Assembly (NCBI RefSeq): GCF_964355755.1
Contig: NC_092679.1
Span: 20,009,432-20,073,431, forward strand
Origin: Antedon mediterranea
Taxonomy: Eukaryota > Animalia > Echinodermata
DNA length: 64,000 bases
Reading direction: 5' to 3'
The notes under the pieces were generated by a model. That model made no database searches. It was not told the DNA's origin and worked only from the letters and a program-made list of their open reading frames with translations. A program made the translations under genes and the position numbers. Positions 48,191 to 60,092 of the stretch are shown here, one piece after another. Numbering within the stretch: the stretch's first letter is position 1; every line of letters starts with the position of its first letter.

Positions 48191-48402
48191 ACTGAGTGTA
48201 AAGTTATTTATCAAAGGAATTTATAAGAATCAGATATTAGTACCATGAATATATAATTTATCAACTATAAGTAGTTGCAGCAGATTTTCTGATTGAAAGC
48301 CTCAATAATCCAGAAAGATAAGAGTGTGTTCAGACGAGTTATTCTTTTGTATAATGTGGGTTGCATGCTTCAGCAAACAGGGGCAGTTTGAGGAAGCGCT
48401 AA

Positions 48403-48565
48403 TGCGTGGTTCCCACTAGCCATGCAAAGCTGATGCAAAGTGCTGTATTGCATAATCATAAGTGGGAACATCGCGGTTTGATTTCACGCAGGCGGGGGAA
48501 AACACAATTATTGGAAGAGCATTTTCTTATGTTCCATAGGTTGCAACAATAGTGTGAACCAAGCT
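48403..48565. mobile_element. Degenerate Harbinger-type MITE related to 61778-61917
   Basis: GCGTGGTTCCCACTAG...TAGTGTGAACCAAGCT-TAA. Confidence 0.55.
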
Positions 48566-49599
48566 TAACATAATAATTATTATTAGTCAATAAAAAACAG
48601 ATCAAAAAGCAATTCATAATTTCATTTTAGCTGTCAAAGGGGGGAAAGCGCAACCCCTTGGATCACTCCTGACAAAGTGTTCACACTCAAAACACTTTCG
48701 TTACAAATTGATAAGAATTGGTTGGAGATGTCGCAACGTATGTTTCGTACAATAATTTAGTACCTTGAGCTTTCGTACCAGTCACACGTTACAGGTTGCT
48801 TCCATTAATATTTTTCTTGTTCAGCCCTATGAAGTCATATGCCACGTCCATACGATGTGAAATATTGTATAATCTTGGGAGATTTTAAAAGTTACGCTAT
48901 CATTCATTGAATTAATCTACAACCTTGAATTAATTTAAAACCAGAAATACAATCTGTTTAACATTCATATAACAGATGATATTAATTGATAACAACATAT
49001 AGATTAAATCGTTTTAATTTACATCAGTCATATCAGTTTTTTAATCAAGGAACAGATAAATGAGTTGACAAAAACTGAATTTCTGATATTTCAATCTATT
49101 TAGTTATTTATATCATTACAATTATACCATGAATCAAACAAAGTTATAGCTTAATAAACATTCCTGTTACGCTCGTAATAATTTTACAACTTTTCCTTTT
49201 GATGATAATAATATGCTATCAAAAGATTGCAAATCTATACCTTAAGATATTATCATAATCACTATCATTTGATCTAAGTATAGTGTGGATCATACCATTT
49301 ACAAACAAACTTGGGTATTATCCCCTTTAATAGTTTATATATTTTCTTACTTAAAAAAATAATTGACTGATTCATCGATAGAATTGTGTAAGATTTTGTT
49401 TGCAATAAAAACAGTTGAAGCGGGAAATGAATACGCCCAGCATTTTCGTTAACACAATATCACATGTATTACATTTCAATCCACTTATTTTTAACTCTGT
49501 TTGTTTTCTACATTTTCTGTGAGCCAATTACAAGCCAAAATGATTACAGGATCAAATAACTACCTGTGACGTGTTACTATATTTTTCTATTATAATATT

Positions 49600-49740
49600 A
49601 GCTCTGTCTTTACTATCAAACGAGTTGATGTGCCCAAATATGTGGTGATATTTCCAAATATGGCAGTGATATGACATCATCATGTCCATATATGGCCACA
49701 TCACATTTTTTTGTCACATGAAGTTTGGTAGTGAAGAGCT
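49600..49740. mobile_element. MITE-A
   Basis: Family match. Confidence 0.85.
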
Positions 49741-50062
49741 TAAGCGTATGTTTTCTTTTATATATATGTTTTAATACACACCGTTGGAACACTCTTATAA
49801 AGGGGACAATTTCCCGTGGAACGAGGGTGAAATACGTTCTGGGCAACACCTGTTAAGAGGACAATTCTATTGAATGGACACTTCTATTACAGGGACACTT
49901 GTTGGGTCCTGAAGGGGTTTCGATCTAGTGTATTTTAGTGATATGGTCTGTGATTCAGAGATATAATGAGATATTCAGAATCTCAACCGATCCTTTGTAA
50001 TTGTGATGTAAGAAATATAAAACTAACAATTTTTCTAGGAAACATGTTTTTTCGATTCTAAT

Positions 50063-50205
50063 GCTCTGTCACACTTTATGTGACAAAAAAATGTGATGTG
50101 CGTATAATGGACACGATGTCATTTCACTACCATATTAAATCATATCACTACAGTACCATATTTGGGCACATCGCACTTTTTTTGTTTGATAGTGTAGACA
50201 GAGCT
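50063..50205. mobile_element. MITE-A
   Basis: Family match. Carries a TACAGTA footprint at 50149-50155. Confidence 0.85.
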
Positions 50206-51567
50206 TAACAATATTTCTTGGAAAAACGTGTTTTTTTTTTTTTTTATTACTAGTAAAATATTTATAGCTAATTTGGTAATATAAAATATTAAACACAACT
50301 GTGGTATAGTACGATTTCTTGTTTATGCCAGGAAATCAAATTAATTATTAACAAAAAAGCTGTTAAAGACGATGTTAAATCTAATTTTTTTCCTATTTTT
50401 TTTTATAACAATACTAATTTTGGGTTGTTAAAAATATAATTGACTAATCTTTTTTGTATGTTTTTATTATAGATTTTTTTGTTTGATGAAAATTTATAGC
50501 TATATAAAATAAAATTAATAAAAAATTGTTTTTTTAGATTTCTATTTTTTAACCCTAATGATGATGTATATATCACAAGTTTTAAAACTAATCAATGACA
50601 TATGTGGCTAAATATCACCGGAAATATTTCATAATTCGGAGTAATTTTGATATCAAAGGGTGGGTAACCCCTAAATGCCTTAAGTGGTTTCATAATTGGT
50701 ACAACTATGAAAGCATGTTCCTAATTCCACCCAATAATCTAACCTGAACGATAAATGGGCCGAGAGGAAATAATTGCATAACAATTGTTTGAACAAAAAT
50801 TGAACTTATTTTCTCTAGGCCTCTTGTAGGTGATTGAACCATAGGTTGAACCATAAGAAGGCCAGGCTATCTGCCTTTACACACACACCCTGAAGGTATT
50901 GTCCACAAAGAGGCTTAGAAAGAATGGCTCCCTGAAGCCCCCTAGTGCTAATCTGTCTTAATTAGATACTTCCACTTAGCGCCCTTTCAAACGGCTTTGT
51001 AACAGCGTAAAATATCAACAAAGAAATATGGGGTGAACATTACATTGTTTATTTAAGTTCAGCTTACAAGAGGTTGGGGGTATTAAACTCTTGAAACATG
51101 ACCAGAACAAAAAATTGGTCAGTCAAGGACAAATGGTATAGTGTCAGGACATGAAGTATTTTATTGTATCGTTTTAGTACAATCATATTTAAACTGTGGT
51201 AGAGAAAATGTTGGCTTTTTGTATATTGTGGACTTAGGCCTACTTAAATAATTTGTATAATTACCAAATCTTATGGTTATAAGCACAGTCATCACTTGCC
51301 TGTATATATTGGGTAAAATATTGTACACATATTAAAATAAACATTGTAAGATAGTGTAAATTGTGGGAAGCCACAGCACAACAACAGTCATTTAATCATT
51401 TAAAAAAGAATAGGATGCTGTAAGCTATAATTATTGAAATATATCATACCATCAATCTGTTTTCTCTATGAAAAATTAATATGTGTGCATTTTTACTATT
51501 AATTATTTATTATTCAAAAATAGGAAAAAAAAAGTAGTTCATAATTAGCGATTTTAGTGACTCTAGG

Positions 51568-51601
51568 TGTGGAGGTATAAAATTAATTTTATACCTCCAT
51601 G
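51568..51601. mobile_element. 34-bp P-like micro-element (TIRs only)
   Basis: TGTGGAGGTATAAAATTAATTTTATACCTCCATG flanked by the 7-bp direct repeat CTCTAGG. Confidence 0.7.
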
Positions 51602-52283
51602 CTCTAGGTGTGTTTCCACACATCGGATGTACCGTTGTGTAATGCTACAAATAAAAGAAAATTCTTAAATTAAAACTGTAAGTTTACATCGAAACTTATA
51701 TAATACTACAATTAGCAATATCTTAACTTATTACCGGTAGGCATTAATTTCAATAATATTTTTACAACTGCAAATTAATTAAAAATTGTTGTTATGATTC
51801 TTTGTAACTACACCTATGAAGCAGAAATCAAAACGAACAAACATCCGGAATTTTAATCGTATAAGAACCAACACTACATTAACATTTAAATATCAAGTTA
51901 AAGGGCTAATTACACTTTGCAATTAAGAGAGTTCACACGAAAAGAAATTCCACTCTGGTGGGTTAACGAGAAACCGGTCAATTTCAATATCCTAATAGGG
52001 GTAATTAAATGGAATTAATCTATACGTAATGCTATGGGTGGTCTCCAGGGTTTAAAGACCTCTTACGTATGATATGAAAGAAATATCTTGAGGGGAAAAG
52101 GGGTTAAAAATATAAGTTGGAAAGGGGAAAAAAGGTGCAACATTAAAGTTGACCTGAGGAAAGCATTCAAGTGAGAGGTATAGAACACATGGCCTCATTT
52201 TGAAGGGTTCAATAGGCCTACTGTACATTCTAGGAAAACAGTTCTAAATGTATATGGCCGAGTATAATCCCATATGTATGTAT

Positions 52284-53911
52284 GGGTCTGTTTCTGCTGC
52301 ATAACGCAATTTAACCGGTTATTTTAAAATAGATTAAAAATAGATAACAATAACAAGACCGCGTTTCTGCTCAATTTGTGCTCCGAAATAACCGGTTAAA
52401 TCTATGGGTGGTCGTCGAGCAAAACGTCATCATTACCCAAAATGCAATACACTCAGACGGAAGTAGTAAGTTGGCTGTTTGTTTACATCGACGTCGTCAA
52501 TACACACGTGTGTATATCGCCGAACATCTCAAACATGTTAAAATAATAAAATGTTGTCTACAGGTCTACAAGTTTTGTTTTTTGTAAAGCCTACTTACTG
52601 ATCGCTAATAAAATTAATTCTCATGGCGCCTTCAATAACATGGGGAGGGTCGTGCAGTGCCCGATCGCCTAGGATAATTTTTATCTAGCCTAAAATTCCT
52701 CAACAAAGGCGATGGTGATACGGCCCTTCCCACGTGAACGACTGTTGTTTTTCGCGAGCGCGGTCCTACAAAAAACCAAACGGAAACAAAAACGATTATA
52801 ATGTTGCAATACCTACCAAACGAGAGTAGATAATTGTTAATTAATTATGAAACCCTAACTTTTATAGCAAAAATCGTCCGAATTTATGTTAAAAACGACG
52901 AGTTTAGCCACAAAAACTTATATCAAACGAGAGTATCCAAGTCATAGAATATCGCACGCACATAGTGCCTTTAATAGAATAATGAGTATTAAACATTGTT
53001 TCGTATATTTATGTACAGTACTAACATAAATAATAACACATTTCTATGCTTAATAAAATCATATTTAATATATTATCAAAGGCTCTCATAACCTTTGTTT
53101 TCGGTCGATGTGATGTTTTTCTAAAAAAATTATATAAAACGATCAAATTAAGATTGTTCATTGTTCTCCTATTAAAGGCACTAAGGGCGTGCCATAAATA
53201 CGCTCGTTTGGATTAAGTTTTTGTTGCTAAATTCATCGTTTATAAAATAAATTCGGATGATTTTTGCTATAAAATTTGGGTTTTCATAATTAATTAACCA
53301 TTATCTACTATCGTTTGGTAGGTATTTGCAACATTCTGAGTCCCTTTTGTTTCCGTTTTGGTTTTAATATAGGACCATCCATACCCTTCGCGAGCGTGTA
53401 CTAACGCCTCAAATTGCTTAGCATGGGTAGTCCCCGGAACTCCACCCCAAATTCCTCTTTTACTTTCGCAAAAATGCTCTTATTTATTATCTGTGATTCT
53501 TTTCTATTGCCTGCCATCCTTCCCCGTACTTTCTCTCCCCCCACAACTGAATAACATATCTTGTGATTTCATTCATCCACATACATGTTCACTTCTTCGT
53601 TCGACTGTCAAAACCACGAGGAAAACACGCACCGTATGCGACGGTATCTGACCCGGGGTCACAACTGTCAATCAAATAACCGTTATTTCGTGTTGCAGCT
53701 AAGAATTGCTCAGCGATAACCGGTTAAACGGCGTTCTAACACCGATTTAAATTGGTGTTTTTAACCGGTTATTTCGCGCTGCCTTTTAACCGGTTACCAC
53801 AAATGTGTCCTGTTTCTGCTGCCAAGAAAATGGAGTTAATTTATTCACACCGATTTTAATTTATTCACACCGATTTTAACCGGTTATTTTGTATGCAGCA
53901 GAAACAGGCCC
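52284..53911. mobile_element. Non-autonomous PIF/Harbinger-like element with TAACCGGTTA subterminal repeats
   Basis: TIR GGG(T/C)CTGTTTCTGCTGCATA, 3-bp TSD TAT on both sides, multiple TAACCGGTTA palindromes near both ends. Confidence 0.85.
52761..53386. mobile_element. Nested foldback, Mutator-like (MULE) non-autonomous element
   Basis: ~220-bp imperfect inverted arms (52762-52980 vs 53165-53376), flanked by the direct repeat TTCGCGAGCG (52751-52760 and 53387-53396). Confidence 0.7.
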
Positions 53912-54064
53912 TATAAGAGAACTGGGATAACAAAAGATTCTAAGTCTGACAATGTAAACAAAATACAATAGAAGGAACTGAGACATGGGGTTAAGTTGAG
54001 GTTAACTGAATTCTTAAAGTTTGTTTGTTTTTATTAATTACATTACACACACAAAATACAAGTG

Positions 54065-54428
54065 TTGAGAACATAACAATATAATTCTGAATAGTGATGT
54101 GTTTTTAGGTAATGTTTATTACCCTTTTGGCATTCCATACAAACTATCTTATTTATTATTTATTTTATTAATATTATCTGCAAAACAAAACGCTTTTCTG
54201 TCCAAATTAATGCAAACAAATGGACATTGAACTTTCCTAACACCTCCTGAGTGCTTATTATTAATCTAATTCTGAATGTTGAATGTGATGTTTTAAGGAT
54301 AGTTTTTATTGCTCTTTTGGCATTCATTCATAAGTACAACATGGAATAGTTACATCCTTAAAACAAAACCCCTTTCTGTCCTAATTAATGCCAAAAAAAT
54401 GGACATTGAACTTTTCTAACACCTCCCA
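54065..54428. repeat. Tandem duplication (~180 bp x2)
   Basis: CTTTTGGCATTC...AATTAATGC...ATGGACATTGAACTTT.CTAACACCTCC occurs twice. Confidence 0.8.
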
Positions 54429-54851
54429 AGGTAACTGCATCAACACATGATCAGTAATTAATGTGTGTTTATCATCAGTATGTGGCAAGTAGCCTGTAAT
54501 AAACATTATTATAGTAACCTTCCAAGTTTGTTAATGTTTACAACTGACTTATTATTGGACAAATACAAATGGTCTTGACACTTTGATTTAGAATCTAAAC
54601 ATTGTCTACTGGTTGTAGTACTATTGGCCTTATAATGGCAATGACCTAATAAGGTTCTTGACATCGTCACAGAGACTTTAAACACATTTCAAGAGTCACT
54701 GACTTGTAAAAACTTTTCCATCCTCTCCTTTTTTTAAATGTGCGGAGAAAGTTGAAGAAGTTAGTTATACACATGAACAATTTATAAATATTCCTTCAAA
54801 TATGTTATAAATATATGGATGTGGTGAGGATGTTTTTTCAGTAACAACATT

Positions 54852-55626
54852 GGGCCTGTTTCTGCTGCAACTGCTCAAAATACGGTATAAAAATACGGTA
54901 TAAAATACGGTATTTTTTATACCGTATTTTTTAGTACCCCGTTTCTGCTAACAATACTTCTTGGGTGGTCGTGTTAAATTTCATCCTTTTTACCCAAATT
55001 GCCAATCATTTATTTGGTCAATAATTAAAAGTCGTAATAAAGGAAGTATAAGTTCAAAGCCTAGCCCTAGTGATAGAGAGATGTTGTGAGAGCACAGAAA
55101 ACATCGTAATGGGGACAAGTAATTCGTTGCCTCCCCGAGTTATTGTCTTTTGCAATGTTGTACTGCTTTTTTAGAAATGTCTTTATAAATGTGGTTGTCC
55201 CTTTTATTACCTTTTAGTTTGCCGGACTTAGCTTCCCCACCCCCTCCTTCTCCACCCCTCCTTCCCCACCCCTGCTTCCCCACACAGATTTAAATAGTAA
55301 ATACTGTGACGTCTTCGCTCCACATTTTCGCCGAATATATCTATACATGTGTGTAAAACAGCGGACAGCGACAGAAAATAAAAACACGATGTTGACCTCA
55401 TGTCGCAGGTAAAAAAAAATATGGTATTTTTTATTGGCAGCAGAAAAGGGTACAAAAAATACGGTATAAATTTGTAAATGCCGTATTTTATCCACAAATT
55501 TTGTGGGGAAAATACGGCATACAAAATACGGTATTTTTTTTATGAGCGCAGTTTCTGCTGCCAAAAAAATACGGTATATATACGGTATTCAAAAAACGGT
55601 ATTTTCTTGGCAGCAGAAACAGGGCC
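54852..55626. mobile_element. Non-autonomous PIF/Harbinger-like element with ATACGGTAT subterminal repeats
   Basis: TIR GG(G/C)CCTGTTTCTGCTGC, arrays of AATACGGTAT at both ends, flanks ATT / ATA (imperfect 3-bp TSD). Confidence 0.82.
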
Positions 55627-56318
55627 ATAGTGAACTTTGGAAAAAAATGGATATGCAAGATATTGCTGTCTGTAACCATAATAACACCAATCAAACCAAA
55701 ATATGTACAAAAGTTTAATATGTCATAAAATAGAGGGTGCTATTTACTTAGGCTCTATTTTACTGGAATCATTATTAATAGTAATAGGTAATATTAATAC
55801 AGGGCTTAATTTTTTTGGTAAAATGCTTAAAACTTTGTAAATTAGAGGCCTTACTAACATTTGACACTCGTCAATCAATGATGTAAACGTTTTAAAGACT
55901 TTTAAATACATTGACCATGACTAATTTGAGATGATTCAAAGGGGTATAACTGTTTGTCACTGACGCCAGACTTGACAAGTTGACTTGACTTTCATCATCT
56001 CTTACTGGTAAAAGACTAAATTTACAGTTTATACAAAAACATTGCATTAGTAGCCTAAAACTTTACTTAATAATATTAATAAGCTTATTTATAAAAATGT
56101 TGTATATGATTGATGTTTCATGAAAAACAGGAAAACTATTTTGGTTTTGAAAAAGACAGAATGTCATCAGGGATAATATTTGATTTTGTGACAATCACTG
56201 TTTTGATACTTTTAGCCATCAGTTTTATCTGCAAAAACTACAGCCTACTTCTCCTCCACTCTCCATTTTAAAATAAATGATTGGTATTGACATACTGTAA
56301 ATTAGTGGTATTTAATTA

Positions 56319-56466
56319 AGCTTTGTCTACACTACCAAACTAGTCTGACAAAAAGTAGTATATGTATGTACAAATATGGTAGTGATATGCCCAAATATGG
56401 TAGTGATATGCTCAAATATGGTAGTGACATGACATCATCATAAAATTTGATAGTGTAGACACAGCT
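56319..56466. mobile_element. MITE-A
   Basis: Both TIRs, perfect TTA TSD, three internal 21-bp repeats. Confidence 0.88.
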
Positions 56467-57769
56467 TTAGATTATATACATATTCTGGGTTTGAATATTG
56501 GTTTTGGCAACTTTTTCTCTCATCTACTTCCACATCTTCACCGTTTATAATGAATTAATTATTTAATTCACAATAATGTGTATTCTGTAATATGCCATAT
56601 AAGTTGCATTCAACCTGGCCTTATTTGGCCATGACTTGTGATGTGGATTTTGTTTTTTAATAAAGTGAATTATTATTATATTAAATAAAACATTATTTGT
56701 ATTAGTCATATGGAACAACTACTGTACTAAATTGAACAGTACCTTCTTGTTTTAAAGTAAATTTGTGATTTAATATGGATTGGTTGCGTATAATTAATAA
56801 AAAGTTGAGGTGATAAATAAATAAATAAATAAATTAGACCAGATAGAATTATAGTTTGAACGCATTTTCGTTACAAAACTAGACTTCTTACCTGGGAACA
56901 GTATCGTTACTAAATTTAGAAGGGTTTCGTAATATATAGAAACAAAAGTGTTAGTAATAACTAAACTATTATGATTAACTTTGACAGTATTTATTTCCCT
57001 ATTGTAAACCATTAACTTTAGCCGACTGTCGGTAAATTGATAATAATTTTCCATAAATAAAAGAAAAAGTGTTTTACAACAGTATTAAACAAGCCCTATT
57101 ATTTCCTAACACGTATTAATAGGTTTAGAAGGACCAAAGCGTTGTTCTTTAAAACGGAAACAAGAGTGTCCGTTGTACTAAAACAGTAATTTGCCAGGAC
57201 AGACCTCGTTCCCTATTGCCATGCTCTTGAATAGCTTTGTGACGAAATGTCGGTTTAAATTTTCCAAATAATGTTATCTAAAATTTACAGAGAATATATC
57301 TTCAAGGTTGATTTCAGGTGAATTTATATGTAGGTTAGTCAGTGAAGGGACAATTATCTATTGTCGATAATATATTGTATAATTTATGGGGGAAGTAAAA
57401 TAAAATGATTCAAACTTCAATAAACTAAAAAGAATTTCATTTAGAAAATTTGATTGAGTTGATATCTAGGTCTTGTACTAAGTTATTGATTTATGTGACA
57501 GGTATCATCATTCACAATTAACAATTTGGATTTCCGGTATATAATAATTGAATAATACATGTTTTGAAAGCATTTTTTGTATAATTTTGGTAATTATATT
57601 GAGTGGGAGAATATATGTGTGAAGGAAGGAAGCAGCTATCAATCATAAAGAGTTATGAAGGGGTCTCACATGGGGTTTAAGAGGTTCTACAGTATTTGCC
57701 AGGGAAATAATCTGGGCCCAATACTGATTTAAGAAAATAGCTATGTTTAAGACTTTTCACCAACTTTAA

Positions 57770-58396
57770 AGCCCCATTCCCTACGTTTTTTAGATTTAAT
57801 TTAAGATCACAAACTATATTTGATGTAAAAATAATACTATATGGTCCTATTGCGATAACATTTTTCGTCTTTAAACGGTTAAAAATGTGAAAAATAAATC
57901 GATTCTAATAATTATAGCGGCCCGCTATAAATCCCAAAATGCATTGCGCGCGGATTTATATTTTTGTTTTTCACCTGTAATTCGCCCACTTTTCGATCGA
58001 TCGTGAAGCCAAAACAAATGGAAGACTCCTAACTTTTCAGCGAAAATACCAGGTTTTCCCCAATTTGTATCAACGGAGTCTGGCAAAAATAGAAAGACAA
58101 TTAATGCAGCAACTATACAACGTCAGGCTAGGTATATAGCTAGCGTACGATGTTCGTACGTTATCGATGTTTACCAGGCCTACAAAACTAAAGCCTAGCT
58201 AGGCAAGGCCTAAGACCGTCCACGAGAGGTCGATCGCCGCGAGCTACTTAGGTAGGTAGTGCATTGTTTCTCACTTTTTATCATAATTTACCATAAAACG
58301 TACATTTAAGACAAGGAATGACATGGTTTAATGTTTTTAAAGTGATATATATGTATTATTTTCCAAAAAACGTTCAAAATTGCAGGGAAGGGGTAT
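57770..58396 (-). mobile_element. Non-autonomous Kolobok-like DNA transposon, copy 2 (627 bp)
   Basis: Reverse complement of 13212-13837 with few differences. TTAA flanks at 57766-57769 and 58397-58400. Confidence 0.88.
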
Positions 58397-60092
58397 TTAA
58401 GAAGGATAGTGAATGAATTTGGTTATTGTTATCCTAGGCAATTTGCTTAAATATATGTATTAAAAAAAAGCATTTAATGACTATGATGAAGCATTTGACA
58501 TCTTGAAACTGTATAGAAAATAAAACAAGGTAACTTTAGGCAAGCATTTACTATTAGCTATTTTTCCCAAAAAACTATAAATGGTAATATTTAAACAATT
58601 CTCAAACATTCTCATGTTTTAACACGTTGGTTAAATTTCAACAAACTAAAAAATTAACAATCATCTTAAACTATTTCGATTGTAGTCATGCAACTTTACA
58701 GGTAACTTATACAAAATACAATCATTTCTTTAAAATAAAAATATTTGGCCATTTTTTAACTAAATGTCTTTAATCATGAAGTAAATCTTCAATGAATAGA
58801 CAAAGACTGTCTAGAGTCATAAAGACATATTAAAAATAAATCTGTTAGATAACGTGCAAACTCCTTCAGAGACAATAAATCCAAGAATTAAGTACTAAAT
58901 TCACAAGTACAGAAATACTGCTGACTTGAAGGGGTTATGACATTATACTATGTCTAAAGGGGATGACGATTTATCATCTACACCAATTGAAATAAGCCCA
59001 GGGGATGTACCGCACAGTTACCAAGGATGCATCACCACTGTGTCACGTTTCAAAATGCGTTGTTTTGTGGTTTGAATGTTGTTGTTTCGTAGCGCCTCTA
59101 AGGACACCGAAATTCTTTTGAAGGTTCCGACAGTTTAGGGTGGATAATAATCATTTTAATTGAGCCAGTTTACCTTGGTTCTAAATATAGATATTAAAAA
59201 ACTATTTGATAGTAATAAAATATAGATTATTGAAAAACAAATTTTTTTTTTTTTTTTTTACTTGATATTAATGTATTCAATATGTTTCAAAAGTAAAAAA
59301 CATATTTGGTTATACTGTAATGTTATCTATACATTGTATACTGTAAACGTCATAAGATAATTTACCGAATGATCATGGAATCAAAACGGTACTGGGTTTG
59401 GCCAACTAGTGTTCCTCCCCCAACTAGTCAAAATAAAGAAAAAATATGTTCTCTTTAAAAATATCATAAATGAAAAGGTGGAGTTACAATGTAAAAATGA
59501 ACAATTCCAATTTAATGCCATTTAAATATAACATCTGTTGTCATTTACAAGGCCTCCCAGGTGATCAAACACACCTGTCCAATTTCAAGACCAAACATTC
59601 CAGGTCCTCTGACCTATTTATTTGATTTTTGTCCTGAAACTTTGACCATACTTTACTGGTTTAATTAAATAACATTTTGGAATATCAGCTGGATATAAGG
59701 AAAGTATGACCTGGTTCACTTTATACTTATGTTGTATAGTTTTCAGAATGGATGTAAAATCTAAATGGTTTCACATGCAATATTTTATTTTCTTTTTCTT
59801 TTTTTAAACTATTGTCTTAAAAAACTATTAATGGTAATATTTACACCATCATTGTCATGTTTTGATATGCTGTTTTTTTTTCTCCTGGGTTTGGTCTACT
59901 AGAGTTCCTGCTTCCAAGCAGTCATCCATTCTTAGATGCACTGATGAAGAGTCTATACATTTTGGTGAATAACGTATTTGAGACATGGGTTATATCTTGG
60001 CTTTAGAGGATAGAAGATTAAAATGTTTTGTTAGAAATATAGAGTATGAAGGTTTAGTTGTAATGCATTGATCGTGTACAAACTTGTACATT

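Noticed and set aside
42219-51370. Several Su(H)/CSL-like GTGGGAA words and a CTCF-like CAACAGAGGGCAG at about 45354
   Set aside because: The numbers are compatible with chance in 64 kb and there is no paired-site architecture.
55214-55718. Cluster of overlapping ORFs
   Set aside because: They arise from the ATACGGTAT subterminal repeats of a non-autonomous transposon.
59936-59975. TGCACTGATGAAGAG resembling the hammerhead head of the 160-nt unit
   Set aside because: No stem II and no GAAA or cleavage triplet follow.
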